Positions 51,401 to 64,000 of a stretch of 64,000 nucleotides of DNA are shown one piece after another. The DNA comes from Felis catus (taxonomy: Eukaryota): the NCBI RefSeq assembly GCF_018350175.1, contig NC_058368.1, positions 132,682,001 to 132,746,000 on the forward strand. Reading direction: 5' to 3'. A model generated the notes under the pieces. That model worked only from the letters and a program-made list of their open reading frames with translations, had not been told where the DNA came from and did no database searches. The number at the start of each line of letters is the position of its first letter. Within the stretch, counting starts at the first letter, position 1. Both the position numbers and the translations under genes were made by a program.

Positions 51401-54400
51401 CATCATGTTACATTAGTTTCACCTAGTATGTATTTGAATCATTTTGAGAAGATAACTGGATGGCCCTTCAAGGAATCAGTGTCTGCTATTCTTCGTCCCC
51501 AAAATCTGTAGAGAGGCTGGAGACTGAAAGATCACGTACTGTTGACATTATTGTCCTGGTCATTGGTATCAACAAAAGAACATCTCCAGGCCTCCTCTCT
51601 ATAACCTCTTGCCATCCTGCAAAGCTCAGGGTCTGCTTTGAGAAACATTCCAGGTGTTAGCAAGCAGAACTATAGAAAGTGCACTACTCACTGGGAAAAC
51701 AATAATAGGAAGGGTCAAATATAAACCTAGTCTTTTTTTTTTTTTTTTTTTTTTTAAGTAATCTACACCCATTGTGGGGCTTGAACTCACAACTGCAAGA
51801 TCAAGAGTCAGATGCTCTACTAACTGAGCCAGCCAGGCACCCCAAACCTGTAGTCTTCTGAATACCTAAGGTAGCAATAGCATATTTTTATGGTACAGTG
51901 GTTTTCATTCTATTTTGAGGGCTTCTATCCAAGTGTTAGAATTTGCCAATTACCTATAATAGCCACAGTTTGCTACTTCTGGTTTTATTTGTGATTTTCC
52001 CTTTTCTTCATTATAAATAGTTAGACTATCTTCATTATTTAATTTGTTCATTAAACATATCCTAAAATCTTTGTTTCTAGTAGAATATAGAGAATTCTCA
52101 TTATCAGACATAGGTTTTCCTTCTCCAGCTGATTTCTTAAGTAACTATGGAAGGGAGCTGCTTGGGAATAATACTTTTCCAGCAAGCTCTAGGAGCTCTT
52201 TAAAGAAGATATCCAGCGTCACCAAATGTAGTTTCAAAATCCAGCAGCTAATCATAGGGTTGAAGAAAATGGCGGCATTTTAACTAGGGCCATTTCTTTT
52301 TATAAGGCAAGTTCATTGTGGGAAAATTTCCTAAGAGGTAATAGACTTGGTGGATTCTAAGACAATTATATTATTAAGCTAGAATTATCTCCCTCCTCTT
52401 TTGCATTTAGAGAAATTGCTAACCTTTGTTTTTCCTTCAATGAAGAAAAAATAAAACTGAGTATCACTGCAGAATGGAATACCAAGAAAATCAAGACAGT
52501 CAAATGCAACTATTATATTTTAATCTGTAATGCCATAAGGAAGTAGCTAGATCTTTACATGCAATAGCAGACACAGAAACATGACAAACTTTGGGTTAAC
52601 ATGAAAAAGAATTACTTCACAGAGAATTTGTACTCTAAAGCTAACTATTCCAGTGCTCTCCACTCAGAATTCTAAGCCCAATTCCTGCTACAATGTGTTG
52701 CTAAGGGAGAATATCAAATTCCTTCTGAAGGTCCTTACAAATGGATTAACTTCTGCTTCGGCTCTCTTGACCTACCACCACAAAGCTGATTTTTCTTACA
52801 CTTCAGCCTTTCTTGACAGACTTAGATTTTGCCTGATTTAAGGGACAAAGGAAAGAAATGGGATTGATTTCCAACTTAACTTCTTGCATATTTACAAGAC
52901 CAGACTTTCCAAGTCTTGAATCCCAACCAACTGGAAGCACTTTTTCTTCCTTTGTGTTCTTACAGCCTTTCTCTGTATTTCTCTTAGAACCCTAATAATC
53001 TGCTTTGTACATTGTCTTTTTTTTACCTCCTAGATGATAAAGTCCTTGTAATTGGAGCTGTTTTATTCATTTTTGTGTGTCCTCTACTTCAAAACTGTTA
53101 CATTTAATTACGGTAGTTGTCCCCATCTATTTCCCCTTCCCCCAATACATATTAATAGCCAGACTACTCTACTTTTTTTTTCTTTTTTTCTTTTTTTCTG
53201 ATCTCCCTCCCCATAAATATAGATCTATCCTTCTATCCTCACAAATTGAAACTTTGCTCACAGTTTCCGAAAGGCCTCTTCTAATCAAGCAGATTCCGAC
53301 CCACTGTTCTCATTTCCATCTCCCTGACTACCAGCACCACTCTTTCACTCTCTCCCTTTTTCTTTGTTGTTGTCCAAGGTATTCTTTTTCCACCCACGAT
53401 ATCCCCACCCTCATAGGAAACAAAGAGTGTGCTGTTGGGAAGGAGTTTACAGATGGGCTGTGGAAGGTTTCAGCATCCACTTTTAAAGCTGGCTAGGGAG
53501 CCTGTTGGGTGCCTGATCATCATCACCTATCATTGGATGGATGCTCTTTTCCCTGATGCCTGTTACTCAGTGTAGGAAGGAGACAACTGGCTCTCCTCCC
53601 CAGAGTCAGTCACAGTAGGAAGGAGGGAGGATTGGAAGACAGTGGGAGCTTGCATGTGCTGCCTCAGAAATGCCAGACCCAGCAGGAGACATATTCTCAT
53701 TACTTACAGATGGTGGCATCCTTCGTTCAGGCCATTATGATTGCTCTTAAAATATTACCTCAAATAAAGAGTATGTATTCTTAGATGAGTGCCTTGTCTC
53801 ACCTCCCTAATATTCCTACTGAACGAGATAGTCTATTTCTTATTAATAATGGAGATGAAGTCTCTTGTATTTTTTTTTTAGTTTTATTAGGAAACAGAAC
53901 TAATTTTAAGGAGACTCCAAACCAGGAATGCATCTGTGTCCCTGCTGTGTACATGAGACACTGAACGGAGGGCCAGTGTGAGAGGGACAGAAATGAGAGG
54001 AGGAATGGATGACCACAGAGGGTTACTGAGTGGCCCTGGGTGCCATGTGTTATACTAGGGACAGGGCAGTGTCCTGAAATCATCCCCAATTCCCCATAAA
54101 CTAGGTGAGGGAGGCATGTTCCTATTTTACAGGAAAACAAACCAAGGCCTGTGGTCACAGAGCTGAGGGTTAAGCCAAGATTCAAACTTGGGCCTGACTC
54201 CAAGACTCCTGACCTTGCTTTAGGAAACATCACTGTTAGAGAGGACTTGCACAGTTGCCAAAAGATACACTCTAATCTTCCAGGATTAAAAACCACACAG
54301 GTGGGGTGCCTGGGTGGTTCAGTTGGTTAAGCGTCCAACTCTTGATTTTGGCTCAGGTCATGATCCCACACTTCATGGGTTCAAGTCCTGCCAGCGGGCT

Positions 54401-55275
54401 CTATGCTGACAGTGGGGAGCCTGCTTAGGATTCTCTCTCTCCCGCTCTCTCTGCTCCTCCCCTGCTCATTCTCTCTCTCTCTCTGTCTGTCTCTCTCTCT
54501 CTCTCTCTGTCCCTCCCTGGCTCTCTAAACAAATAAGTAAAAAAAAAAAAAAAAACCAAAAAACTTTAAAAACCACACAGGTGACTGATGCTGATTTGCC
54601 TTCATAGACTAGTTAATAGAAGCTCTTACTATGTGCAGATCCTCCTGAAGGATTCTTCTAGCATAAAAAAATTTCACTGGTTGTCTTAGAACTTGTCTTT
54701 CTGCCTTCCTTACAGTTCAAGTTTCTTTATTATGTAAACAGACTAGAACAACTATGGCAAAGACTCCTTCCACCTGTGGCATATGTCTCCCAGACAGTGT
54801 TCTCTCACCCAGAGAGCTGGTACCTTCCTAAAACACAAAAATTCACTTAAGTTTTTTTTTTTTTGTAAGAAAAGCAAGATCCTATTACCAAAATGACTCT
54901 TAAACTCTTCTCCAAACTTCATTGTGAAGGAAATGAAACTATTAAAAGACCATTGCTCTGTAATTCAGGAAATTGAATCAACTTGTTTGGAGCTGTAAGC
55001 GGGACAGGACTGGAGCTGTGTTGAGCTGCACCCCCCCCCCCCCCGGCTCCGCGATGACCTTACTGGTCAGAGGAGCCCTGAGCTGCCTCTTCACAGCGCC
55101 ATGCAACTCCTCAAGTACCTACATCTCTTTGCTGGCTAGAACTGCAGTTCTCTGTACAAAATGAGACTATTTTGTCAGGTAGCCACATTGTGTGAGATTC
55201 TTTTAAATGTCTGTTTATTTTTTTAGAGAGAGAGAGCACAGGCAGGGGAGGGTCAGAGGGAGGGAGGTATGGAGG

Positions 55276-55277
<2 letters not shown>

Positions 55278-55331
<54 letters not shown>

Positions 55332-55365
55332 TGACAGAAAGAATGAGAATGAGAATGAGAATGAA
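55278..55365. repeat. (GA)n plus (GAGAAT)n SINE-derived microsatellite
   Basis: Direct reading. Confidence 0.95.
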
Positions 55366-56004
55366 TTCCAAGCAGGCCCCATGCTGGGTATGGAGCTCCC
55401 CGATGCAGGATGATTGCACAGCCATGAGATCATGACCTGAGCCAAAATCAAGAGTCAGTCACTTAACGACTGAGCCACCCAGGAGCCCCAGTTCTCCCTA
55501 TTTTTATGGTGGCTTCTTAGGGAAAGGGGTGAAGATCCAGGAGAGCACCATCTTTCTTCCCCATCCTACCCTTTCCCCCTACTGATTTAACACTGGTCAA
55601 ATGTAGGCATTTGGGGCAATGAAAGAAAGAAAAGGGAGGTAGACTGTGTTTGGGCTCCAGAGCTCTAAGCTGCTACTTCTTAGAATAATAATGTCTATGG
55701 CAAGATCAGCCATCACTCACATTTTAGGTTCCCAATTGCTAGCCTAACAGTAATGGATTGCTACAGACCAAGCAAAAAACTACACATCATTCTCCGCGCC
55801 CCCCCCCCAAAGAACATTAAATCTAGCTTAAGTCTTCATTACCAGAGTTTTCAGGAATTCGAGTATCAGTGATTACAGGCCTACCCTCTTTAGGAAAATT
55901 TATCTAAAACTTGTAGATAAGGCAACAAGATTACTACATGCCTTTTCATTGTCATACTAGAATATTGTCCAATAAGCCCTTCTAAAGATCACATTGTGTT
56001 CTAG

Positions 56005-56310
56005 GCCCTACCCCTGTCCACTGTGGTAGCTCCCTGTGGCTGTCAAGCACCTGAAATGTGGCTAGCATAACTAAAAAATTGTGCTGGAAAAGTGAAAAAC
56101 ACACACGAGATTTTGATGACTTACCACAGAAAGTAAATCTCAGTAATTTTTATATTGACATATGCTGAAGTAACATAGATATATGGTTAAAATATCTTAT
56201 TAAAATTAGTTTTACCATTTTGACTTTTTTTACCTTCTAAAATGTGATTACTAGAAAATTTTAAGTTATTTATGTTTCTTATATTATATTCCTGTTGGAC
56301 TGTGCTGCCC
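56005..56310. mobile_element. MER33/MER3-like hAT-Charlie MITE
   Basis: ctgtccactgtggtagc..caagcacctgaaatgtggctag ... atattcctgttggactgtgctg. Confidence 0.75.
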
Positions 56311-57457
56311 TAGACTTTACAAGAAGGTAACTGACTGTTTACTCCTAATCAGGGCCCAGACTAGGAAGTTTGATGTTAACCTGTCAGGATTAATAAACTG
56401 CAGATGATTTCTGTTAATAAGAAAAAGATAAACCCCAAAATGTTTATTTTATGACGCTATAGGGAATAAAATAGTTTTGTATCTAACTTGGTAAATTTCA
56501 TTCATGCATGTTTTCGTTTATTAACAATTTGACTAGACTTATCTCTGATGGTTGTACCAAAGAGAATTATTGTTATAAGTCAAAAGTTACTTTTGTCTCT
56601 GAAAATTCTCTAGCTATTCTTGTCAAAAAGACTATTAGTCATATTGATCAAATGATTTAATGGATATAAATTTAAAAGTGTTACTCTGTGAACTATTATA
56701 TGTATATTTGGAATTTTTCTTTACTGAATTGTCTTGCTTTGTGTCCCTAAAAGGATGATGAAAAGGAAGTGAAAATAATGAATGACACTGATACTGAATT
56801 TCAGTCGTTTTCCTTCACTTTACTTGCTGCTACGTTTATGTAAATAAAGGCAGAGTAACTACATTGTGTTTTAAGGTTGCAGACCTCATCCCCAAGGAAA
56901 ACTTTACAAAGGTCCTTATTCCTAGCTCTGAGCCCACAGAAATAACTTAACCTACACCTGGGACATGTGCTGTTGTCCTACCGCCATCCATAAGGATGAG
57001 GCATTTTTTATAAACCCCTTGTAAAAACATAGCAGAAGCCATTTTGGCAGTGGTGATGCCACTGGTTCTAGGTACACAAATCCCCTATTTGTGGCCTTCT
57101 TGAACACTTGGTTTGCTAACTCTTTTGAAATAGCATTTGAGATGGGCTACTAAATAGGAATCTGTTATACATTCCATTGGCTATTTTTTGTTTGTTTGCT
57201 CACCGTTGAAACTCTAAGGAGATAAGACAGTAATAAAGGGGAATGTAGAAGACTGGAGGTTTAAGCTTCAGCTCTCATAGCTACCAAAATAAATAAGTAC
57301 AGCTCTATAGAGCTATAGTTAAGGCAAAAGAGAACATCCAGACAAAGTAAAGTCAAAGTCCCTTTTTATTCACCCTTCCTCCTTTTTCTTTTGCATCTAG
57401 AGATTTGGGAAATTGCTTTAACAATGAATTACTAGGTGTGATGTTTTATTTTATTAG

Positions 57458-57592
57458 GTTGGAATGAAATACAGAAACCTAATCCTGAAACCTGGGGGAT
57501 CTCTGGACGGCATGGACATGCTGCAGAATTTCTTGAAACGTGAGCCAAACCAAAAAGCGTTCCTAATGAGCAGAGGCCTGCATGCTCCATAA
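57458..57592 (+). CDS. NLN: Neurolysin terminal coding exon 13 (135 bp to stop)
   Basis: ttattAG acceptor; [44 protein letters not shown] then TAA at 57590-57592. Confidence 0.98.
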   Translation, partial: VGMKYRNLILKPGGSLDGMDMLQNFLKREPNQKAFLMSRGLHAP

Positions 57593-58800
57593 ACTGGGGA
57601 TCTTTGGTAGCAGTCCATGTCTGGAGGACAAGTCGACATCACCATGTGTTACTAGCCCGGAAACTGAATGGAGTTTTGCAAATGAAAGTTTAGATTTCTA
57701 TTGACTGTCTTTTGTTTTTCACTTTGAAAAATTACACAGATGTAAATGGAATTATAAATACCATGACCTAAGAAAAGACCCATCAGAAAATAATTGTACT
57801 ATAAAATTTCATAACAATGGATTTGATTTCTTTTTATACAAGTTTCATATGAATGTAATTTGATTTTTTACTATTGTAATCTAGATAACATAATGTAAGA
57901 GGGCTAAGAATTTTTAAATTGAATCATATACATTATATAATTTGATCCTTCTTTATATCTTGAAGTTTTGTACTTGGTATTTCTGGACTGATAAATGAAT
58001 CATCACATTTCTCTGGTAAATATTTTCTTGGAGCCCTGTGTCACCTTTGACCCTCTGTCTCACAGTAACGCGTGACCTCTTTGTCCACATACCTAAGGGC
58101 CAGGGGAATATGCCTCAATAATGCGTTTATCTTTGAATTTCAGGCCTCATTATTTCTACTTTTCTGCCGCACTTAAATTATGTTCCACCATTGGGATTTA
58201 TCTTTTCTAAAGTCCTATCACAGAGTACCAAAAAAAGTAAGAGTTTTAACTGAACTGGCCTATGTATATTGCTTTTGTATGTTGTGTTAGAGGATTGTAG
58301 ATCTTGCATCAGAGGTTCGTTTCCACCACAGCATACAAGGTTGTCAGTCCTTTGGCATATTTGCCAATTAGAACACTAAAACAGGTCCAAGGATATGTTT
58401 CTCTTCTCGTGTTTCTGATAAGTGGTACGGACTTTGCCTCCTTTATTACCATCTCACCCAAAGTGACAGATATACATATCACCAATGGCAGTTTAGGGAA
58501 GAGAGCTGAAGGTGGTGTGGAGCAGAAAGAGTTCAGAAACTCCAGAAGAGTAGTGGGTTCTGGACAGAAGTGTTTGAGGACAGCTGCTCCAAAGTGTTAC
58601 GTGTCTTCAACCACAGGGAGGAGGATTTCATAGCCTATCTTGTCTGGTGATTTTTATTTTAAGCGAAACTTTGGATCTCTCTTTAACTTTCATTTCTGTG
58701 AGTCTAAATTGTACTTCTAAAGCAGACCAGTAAACTCACAGGACTTATTTTTCCCTAGGAGTCTACTCAGTAAGGAAACCAAAATAGGATAATAAAAAAA
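57593..58800 (+). other. NLN: NLN 3'UTR (proximal part; true end not determinable)
   Basis: AU-rich, repeat-free sequence after the stop; AATAAA at 58791 with further copies near 58924, 58948, 59308 and 60984. Confidence 0.6.
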
Positions 58801-59504
58801 TTTTTAATTAAAAAATCCAAACTTCACATATACTCTGATAGGTCTTCCAGTTGGTTCCCGCTGTGTATCTGAGGTATGACTTTGCTGGTGAGGGACAAAA
58901 TTAGACAGATGGACTTTGCGCTAAATAAAAACATATATTATGCTGCATAATAAAATTATAGACAGTGGGAAAGGTTAAGAGCTCTAACAACGCAGAAGAA
59001 AATTCCGGGATTATTATTGCCAAGCAAATACGTTAAAAATGCACATGAAATCCAACCCTCCCTTCTGAGATAATCGCCTGGCCCTTCTCTCCCACAAAGT
59101 AGTTTTTTTGGTGTTAGTAACCTGTGGTACTCTTCTCATATCTTTTTTTTTCTTCCAGACTGTTCTGTTTTCCAGTTTCAGACAAAAACTTTTTTCAGCA
59201 TTTTCTATTGCCTTTCTGTGTGTCTCCTTAACAATAACTTTATCATTTTCAATCTCAACTTACTTCACATGGAAAAACTAATACTTGGTGTGAAACAGGT
59301 TGCACACAATAAAGTTGCATTATTATCCATAAGAATGAACTCACATTTCTTTCATACTTTAATGTTTAAGCTGAAATGCCTAAGAAAACAAAAGTGCTAT
59401 GATGTTCTTTTTATTTAGAGTCCATATATGATACTTAAAATCTACCAAAGCACGGCAACAAATTTAAATACTTACTCTTTACAATAATTAAAAACTAAGA
59501 ACTA

Positions 59505-59733
59505 ATTTTTTTCTTTTTTTTTAATTTTTTTAAATGTTTTTATTTATTTTTGAGACAGAGACAGAGCATGAGCAGGGGAGGAGCAGAGAGAGAGGGAGAC
59601 ACAGACTCCGAAGCAGGCTCCAGGCTCTGAGCTGTCAGCACAGAGCCCGACGCGGGGCTCAAACTCACGGACTGTGAGATCATGACCTGAGCCGAAGTCG
59701 GACGCCCAACAGACTGAGCCACCCAGGCGCCCC
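59505..59733 (-). mobile_element. Feline Can-SINE downstream of the NLN stop
   Basis: Reverse SINE consensus; TSD AGAACTAATTTTT. Confidence 0.95.
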
Positions 59734-61571
59734 AGAACTAATTTTTAAAAGACTTTTTGAATGTGGCCATTTATCTACCTTTTCTTTTTTCTTCCCTTTT
59801 TTTTTTTTTTTTCATATCAGAGTATAGAGTGTTGGTAAGGTTCTCAATGGTGGATAACTATAAAAATTGTAATTAGCCAAGCTACACTTCAGGTTTGTGA
59901 GCTGAGCAACATATAATAAGGTCTGTCTTGATTATTGACCCAAGATGTTTAGGTCTGTTTCAGGTTACTACAGACAAGAGAAAGAAAAGCCATGATGTTT
60001 TGCCACCTAATACAGATTTTTTTTTCCCTTTAGTGCAAACGCTACATGTTACCTAAATGAATAACTAAAAATGATCTTGAAGAGTTACCACCTGAGCTAT
60101 TTATGTGAAAATCTTGCTTTTCTAAAATTAATATGATGAAAGGTGGATATCTGTAGCTCTATAGACTTGACAAACTGCATTGTGTACGAGGCCAAAATAG
60201 AGAAAATATTTTTTTTAATTTTTAAATGATATGATTTTATGCTTGTACTTTCCTTAAGTAATAGGAAATGACTTATTTCCCATTTTGCCTTTAGCCTTTG
60301 TATATGAATTAATGTGTATAACAATCCTGTCTCTTTGGTGGATCAGCTGGTTTGTTTATGAGCATTATTCATTTTTTCCTTTGCGTTCATGCACAGGAAG
60401 AATTTTCCATGTTCTGAGGGAATTGAATTAAAACACTAATCCCCCAAATTAGATTTAGAGGTGGTTAACTAAGCCCCTAAAAGTGTAAAAAGGGAAACCA
60501 TATATCATCTAAATAGATGCAGTGACCAAGGCTTCCTTCTTCTCTCAATGCAACATTATTATAGTTACAGATCTCCCATATGAAATTGGATAGCCCTTCA
60601 AAATTGAATATGCCTTCTCTTACAAGAGTTTGGTGGGAATAAAAGGGGGGAAAAAAAAGACATGCTTTCATTTTCTTTGAAAACCAGTCAATGTGCAACA
60701 TTTACTTTTTCAATTGTCTTTTTCAGAAACTTGCACCGGAAACAGAGCCACCTAAGTGATTCATCTAGTCCCAACTGTATCAGGGCAAAAGGTAAAGGTT
60801 ATAAAATCTGAATACTAGATCAGTGTAGCCTTTTCTAACACACCCACAGTAATGCTATACATGGAGACTTTGTCTGAAAAAAATCTTGAAAAACTGGGCC
60901 AGTGAACAGAACCCCTCATACATCCCTCTCCAGTGAGTGATTCTTGAGCTTTTATTTGGTTGAATTTACCTTGTAGTCTTTCCTAATAAAATATAGATCC
61001 CGTGCATCTGGACCACTGTGTATGTACAAGAAAAGGTAAATGGTGAATATGACACAGGCTCTCTTGTTTCTGCTCACGTGACCTGGCATCCATTCTGGCT
61101 GCTTACTTCATAGAGCTTGGAGGCTCACCTAAAATTTTACTGTGATGACAGAATGTCCCTAGCATCTGTTGTTGGAGAAACTGTATGGCTTAGACTGGTT
61201 TTAAGGTACCGTATTCACTGAATCTGGCAAGAAACCTGGCATCTCTATTGAAATCTTTGTGGCTCAGATAGATAATTGTTAGCGAGGTGGATTCCTAGCT
61301 GTTGAAACAACCTAAGAGAGCTGAATCATGATTCACACTAAACCAAAGAAAATTTCCAATCCTTTGGATGAAGACACAAGAAATTCCATAGAAGGTATTA
61401 TCAAATTTACAGATAACAGAACTGCAGTCGTTGAAAATGTTATCATTAAGATTTAAAATTATTTCCATGCCGAGGCAAATTTAAGACAAAATTAGACACA
61501 ATCCATTGCCAAGGTAAACAGAGGGGAAACCTGACTTGATGGTACTCAGAAAAAAAAAGACATGACAGTTT

Positions 61572-62030
61572 GGGGCACCTAGGTGGCTCGGTTGAGCGTG
61601 CAACTTCAGCTCAGGTCATGATCTCACAGCTCGTGGGTTCGAGCCCTGCATTGGGCTCTGTGCTGACAGCTCAGAGCCTGGAACCTGTTTCGGATTCTAT
61701 GTCTCCCTCTCTCTGCCCCTAACCCACTCACATTCTGTCTCTGTCTCTCTCAAAAATAAACATTAAAAAAAAATTTTTTTTTAGGGGCGCCTGGGTGGCG
61801 CAGTCGGTTAAGCGTCCGACTTCAGCCAGGTCACGATCTCGCGGTCCGTGAGTTCGAGCCCCGCGTCGGGCTCTGGGCTGATGGCTCAGAGCCTGGAGCC
61901 TGTTTCCGATTCTGTGTCTCCCTCTCTCTCTGCCCCTCCCCCGTTCATGCTCTGTCTCTCTCTGTCCCAAAAATAAACGTTGAAAAAAAAATTTATTAAA
62001 AAAAAAAAATTTTTTTAATAAAAAAAAAAA
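61572..62030 (+). mobile_element. Two Can-SINEs (young copy from 61784, in the tail of an older one)
   Basis: TSD AAAAGACATGACAGTTT on both sides. Confidence 0.95.
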
Positions 62031-62149
62031 GACATGACAGTTTTATTTGACCAAATTCCAATATAAGCCCACACAGTACAGCACACCTGGGAGGGGTACA
62101 GAAGGTAAGAATGAAAGCCTATAAGAGTGTGTTGATGGAAGGTTGTGTC

Positions 62150-62640
62150 CAGATCAAAAGAGTTCTTCTGGACCCAGATGTGCTAAGATCATTCACAGCT
62201 AGAATATCGTGTTCTGTTCTAGGTGTCACATTTTAAGCAGATTTTGACCAAGTATTACAGTGTTTGAAAGAGTAGGGACAGGCAGGTGATGACTTCTCGA
62301 GAGGAATACATTGAAGAAAGGGAATTTCAGCCTTCCTGAAGGTGAATTCAGCAATACAAATGAAAGCTGTATTCAAATACTTAAGGTATGGCAGAGAGGA
62401 TAGGTTATTCTACATCTCCAGAAGCCAAAGCTTAGAAATATGGTTGGAAAATACAAAGAGGTTTTAATTCAACATGAGAAAGTTGTTTCTAATAATTATT
62501 GTTGACTGAAATATATTCTGCTGCTGTTAATGAAGATCAAAGCAAAGCTTGTGGCTACCAGGAGTGTTACAGCAGGCATTCCTCCTTTGAGTAGACTTTC
62601 ATACCAGATCAGCTTTGAAGTCTCCCCAAAGTTTAAGATG
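62150..62640 (+). mobile_element. Ancient CR1/L3 LINE 3' remnant
   Basis: gtgttctgttctaggtgtcacattttaag; aaagctgtattcaaatacttaagg; tcaacatgagaaagttgtttctaataatt. Confidence 0.6.
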
Positions 62641-64000
62641 CAACAATTGTATAATCTTCATCAGAAAAACATCACTCAGGTGAAAGAAACGTTTACACAC
62701 TGGATCTTACAAATGGTATGTAGATGATTGCAGCTGTCCATACGGCAGATATCTGATTTAAGCATATATAGTTTATATTGCCTTATTCCTCTTCCATAAT
62801 TAGTCAGTGCTTATCCAGAGGTCATTATCAGACTCCTTATGGATAATCTGGTAACAGGATGAGAGGTCAGTTGTGTATGACCATAATAAAGCTAGGGATT
62901 CTTGCAGTTGCATTTTCTTCCATTACAGAATTTATAGTTGTTCTCTGCCCGTTCCACCCATCACTATCTTCATCAAACATACACAGACGCCAAAATCAAA
63001 CTCAAGTACCCAGTTTATTATACATATGCTCCACCATATTGTGATTTCTGAGTCATTGTTTATAGCCCCATAACCCCTGTCCTCTACAGTCCCTTGACTC
63101 ATGGTGAATAGTCCCTAAGTGTATGTTAAATAAACATATCTTCTTTGAAATTACCTTCTGCTATAAGGATGGATTTATCTATGTAGATGATATGAATCTA
63201 CATAGGTAAAATTGTTTTACACTTTCTACATGAAGAGGCCCTTATCCTTAGGGACTGAAAGAGTTTCTCTATGAATTAGATGAAAGAAACATGTATTTTG
63301 TAAAAGAAAAATTGGAGAATGGAAAATATTTCTGAAGATTCCTCCACTTTTCTCTGTGATTATGTACTCTAAACCTAGGAATTTCTTAATCTACAATCTC
63401 TGGTTCCCTAGAAAATCTATGAAAAGAAGAGTGAAATTAGACGTCCATGGTTGTCCAGAAAATTAAAAAACTGTTGTTTTTTAATTCATTTTGAAGACTG
63501 TAAAGTGCCCATTATGTATCAGGCACTGTGTTAGGCACTGTGGATACAAAAAATGACAAAAACTCCTGAGCTCATATTGCTTAAATATAGTGAGAAAAGG
63601 AAATAAATGGAGATAAATTATAGAAGAAAGGTATGTTTAAAAAGCCTTCTTGTTGTTTTTCCTGACAATGGTTGACTCCATTGTACAATTTGACTTGTGT
63701 CACCAAATTTTATGATTACCATGCCACCTGCCACCACAGACATTTCTAACAAAATGGTTGATTTTCTCTTTTTTCAGCCTGTCAGCAGTGGGACTAAATG
63801 GTGCCCTTCCATCTGTCTTATATCCAGGAGTTTCTCAGGCCCTGTGATTAAAGGACTTAACAAGAAAGAGGTGAAAATATTCCCTTTAACCCTATCTATG
63901 CATTGTGATCAAATGCTTATAAACCCCTAGCCCTTAGAGGACTCACATGGGACTCATCTTAACCTGATAAGTATGATACACCCAAGAGGCATTGGTACAT

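Noticed and set aside
53799..54296. 165-aa minus-strand ORF
   Set aside because: Runs through a MIR remnant, non-ATG start, no recognisable homology

Overview
Mammalian genomic DNA from a carnivore, almost certainly a felid, judged from the dense feline-type Can-SINEs and carnivore L1 3' ends. The window holds the last 11 coding exons (equivalent to exons 3-13) of NLN (neurolysin, M3-family zinc metallo-oligopeptidase) on the + strand. All introns are GT-AG, exon phases are consistent, the HEFGH motif is intact and the stop codon is at 57590-57592, followed by the 3'UTR. The 5' exons lie upstream of the window. Introns are packed with transposon fossils. The most notable structures are: (i) a YBX1 processed pseudogene inside an old L1 3' end inside the LTR of a MaLR provirus remnant, itself hit by two SINEs; (ii) a 5'-inverted (twin-primed) L1 inserted into another L1 and carrying two SINEs; (iii) two SINEs inserted at exactly the same target, giving a triple TSD; (iv) a decayed minus-strand ORF resembling a hAT transposase zinc-finger N-terminus. 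I found no convincing evidence of a novel biological system. Repeat subfamily names are from recall of consensus sequences, not from a search, and repeat boundaries are approximate unless TSDs are given.
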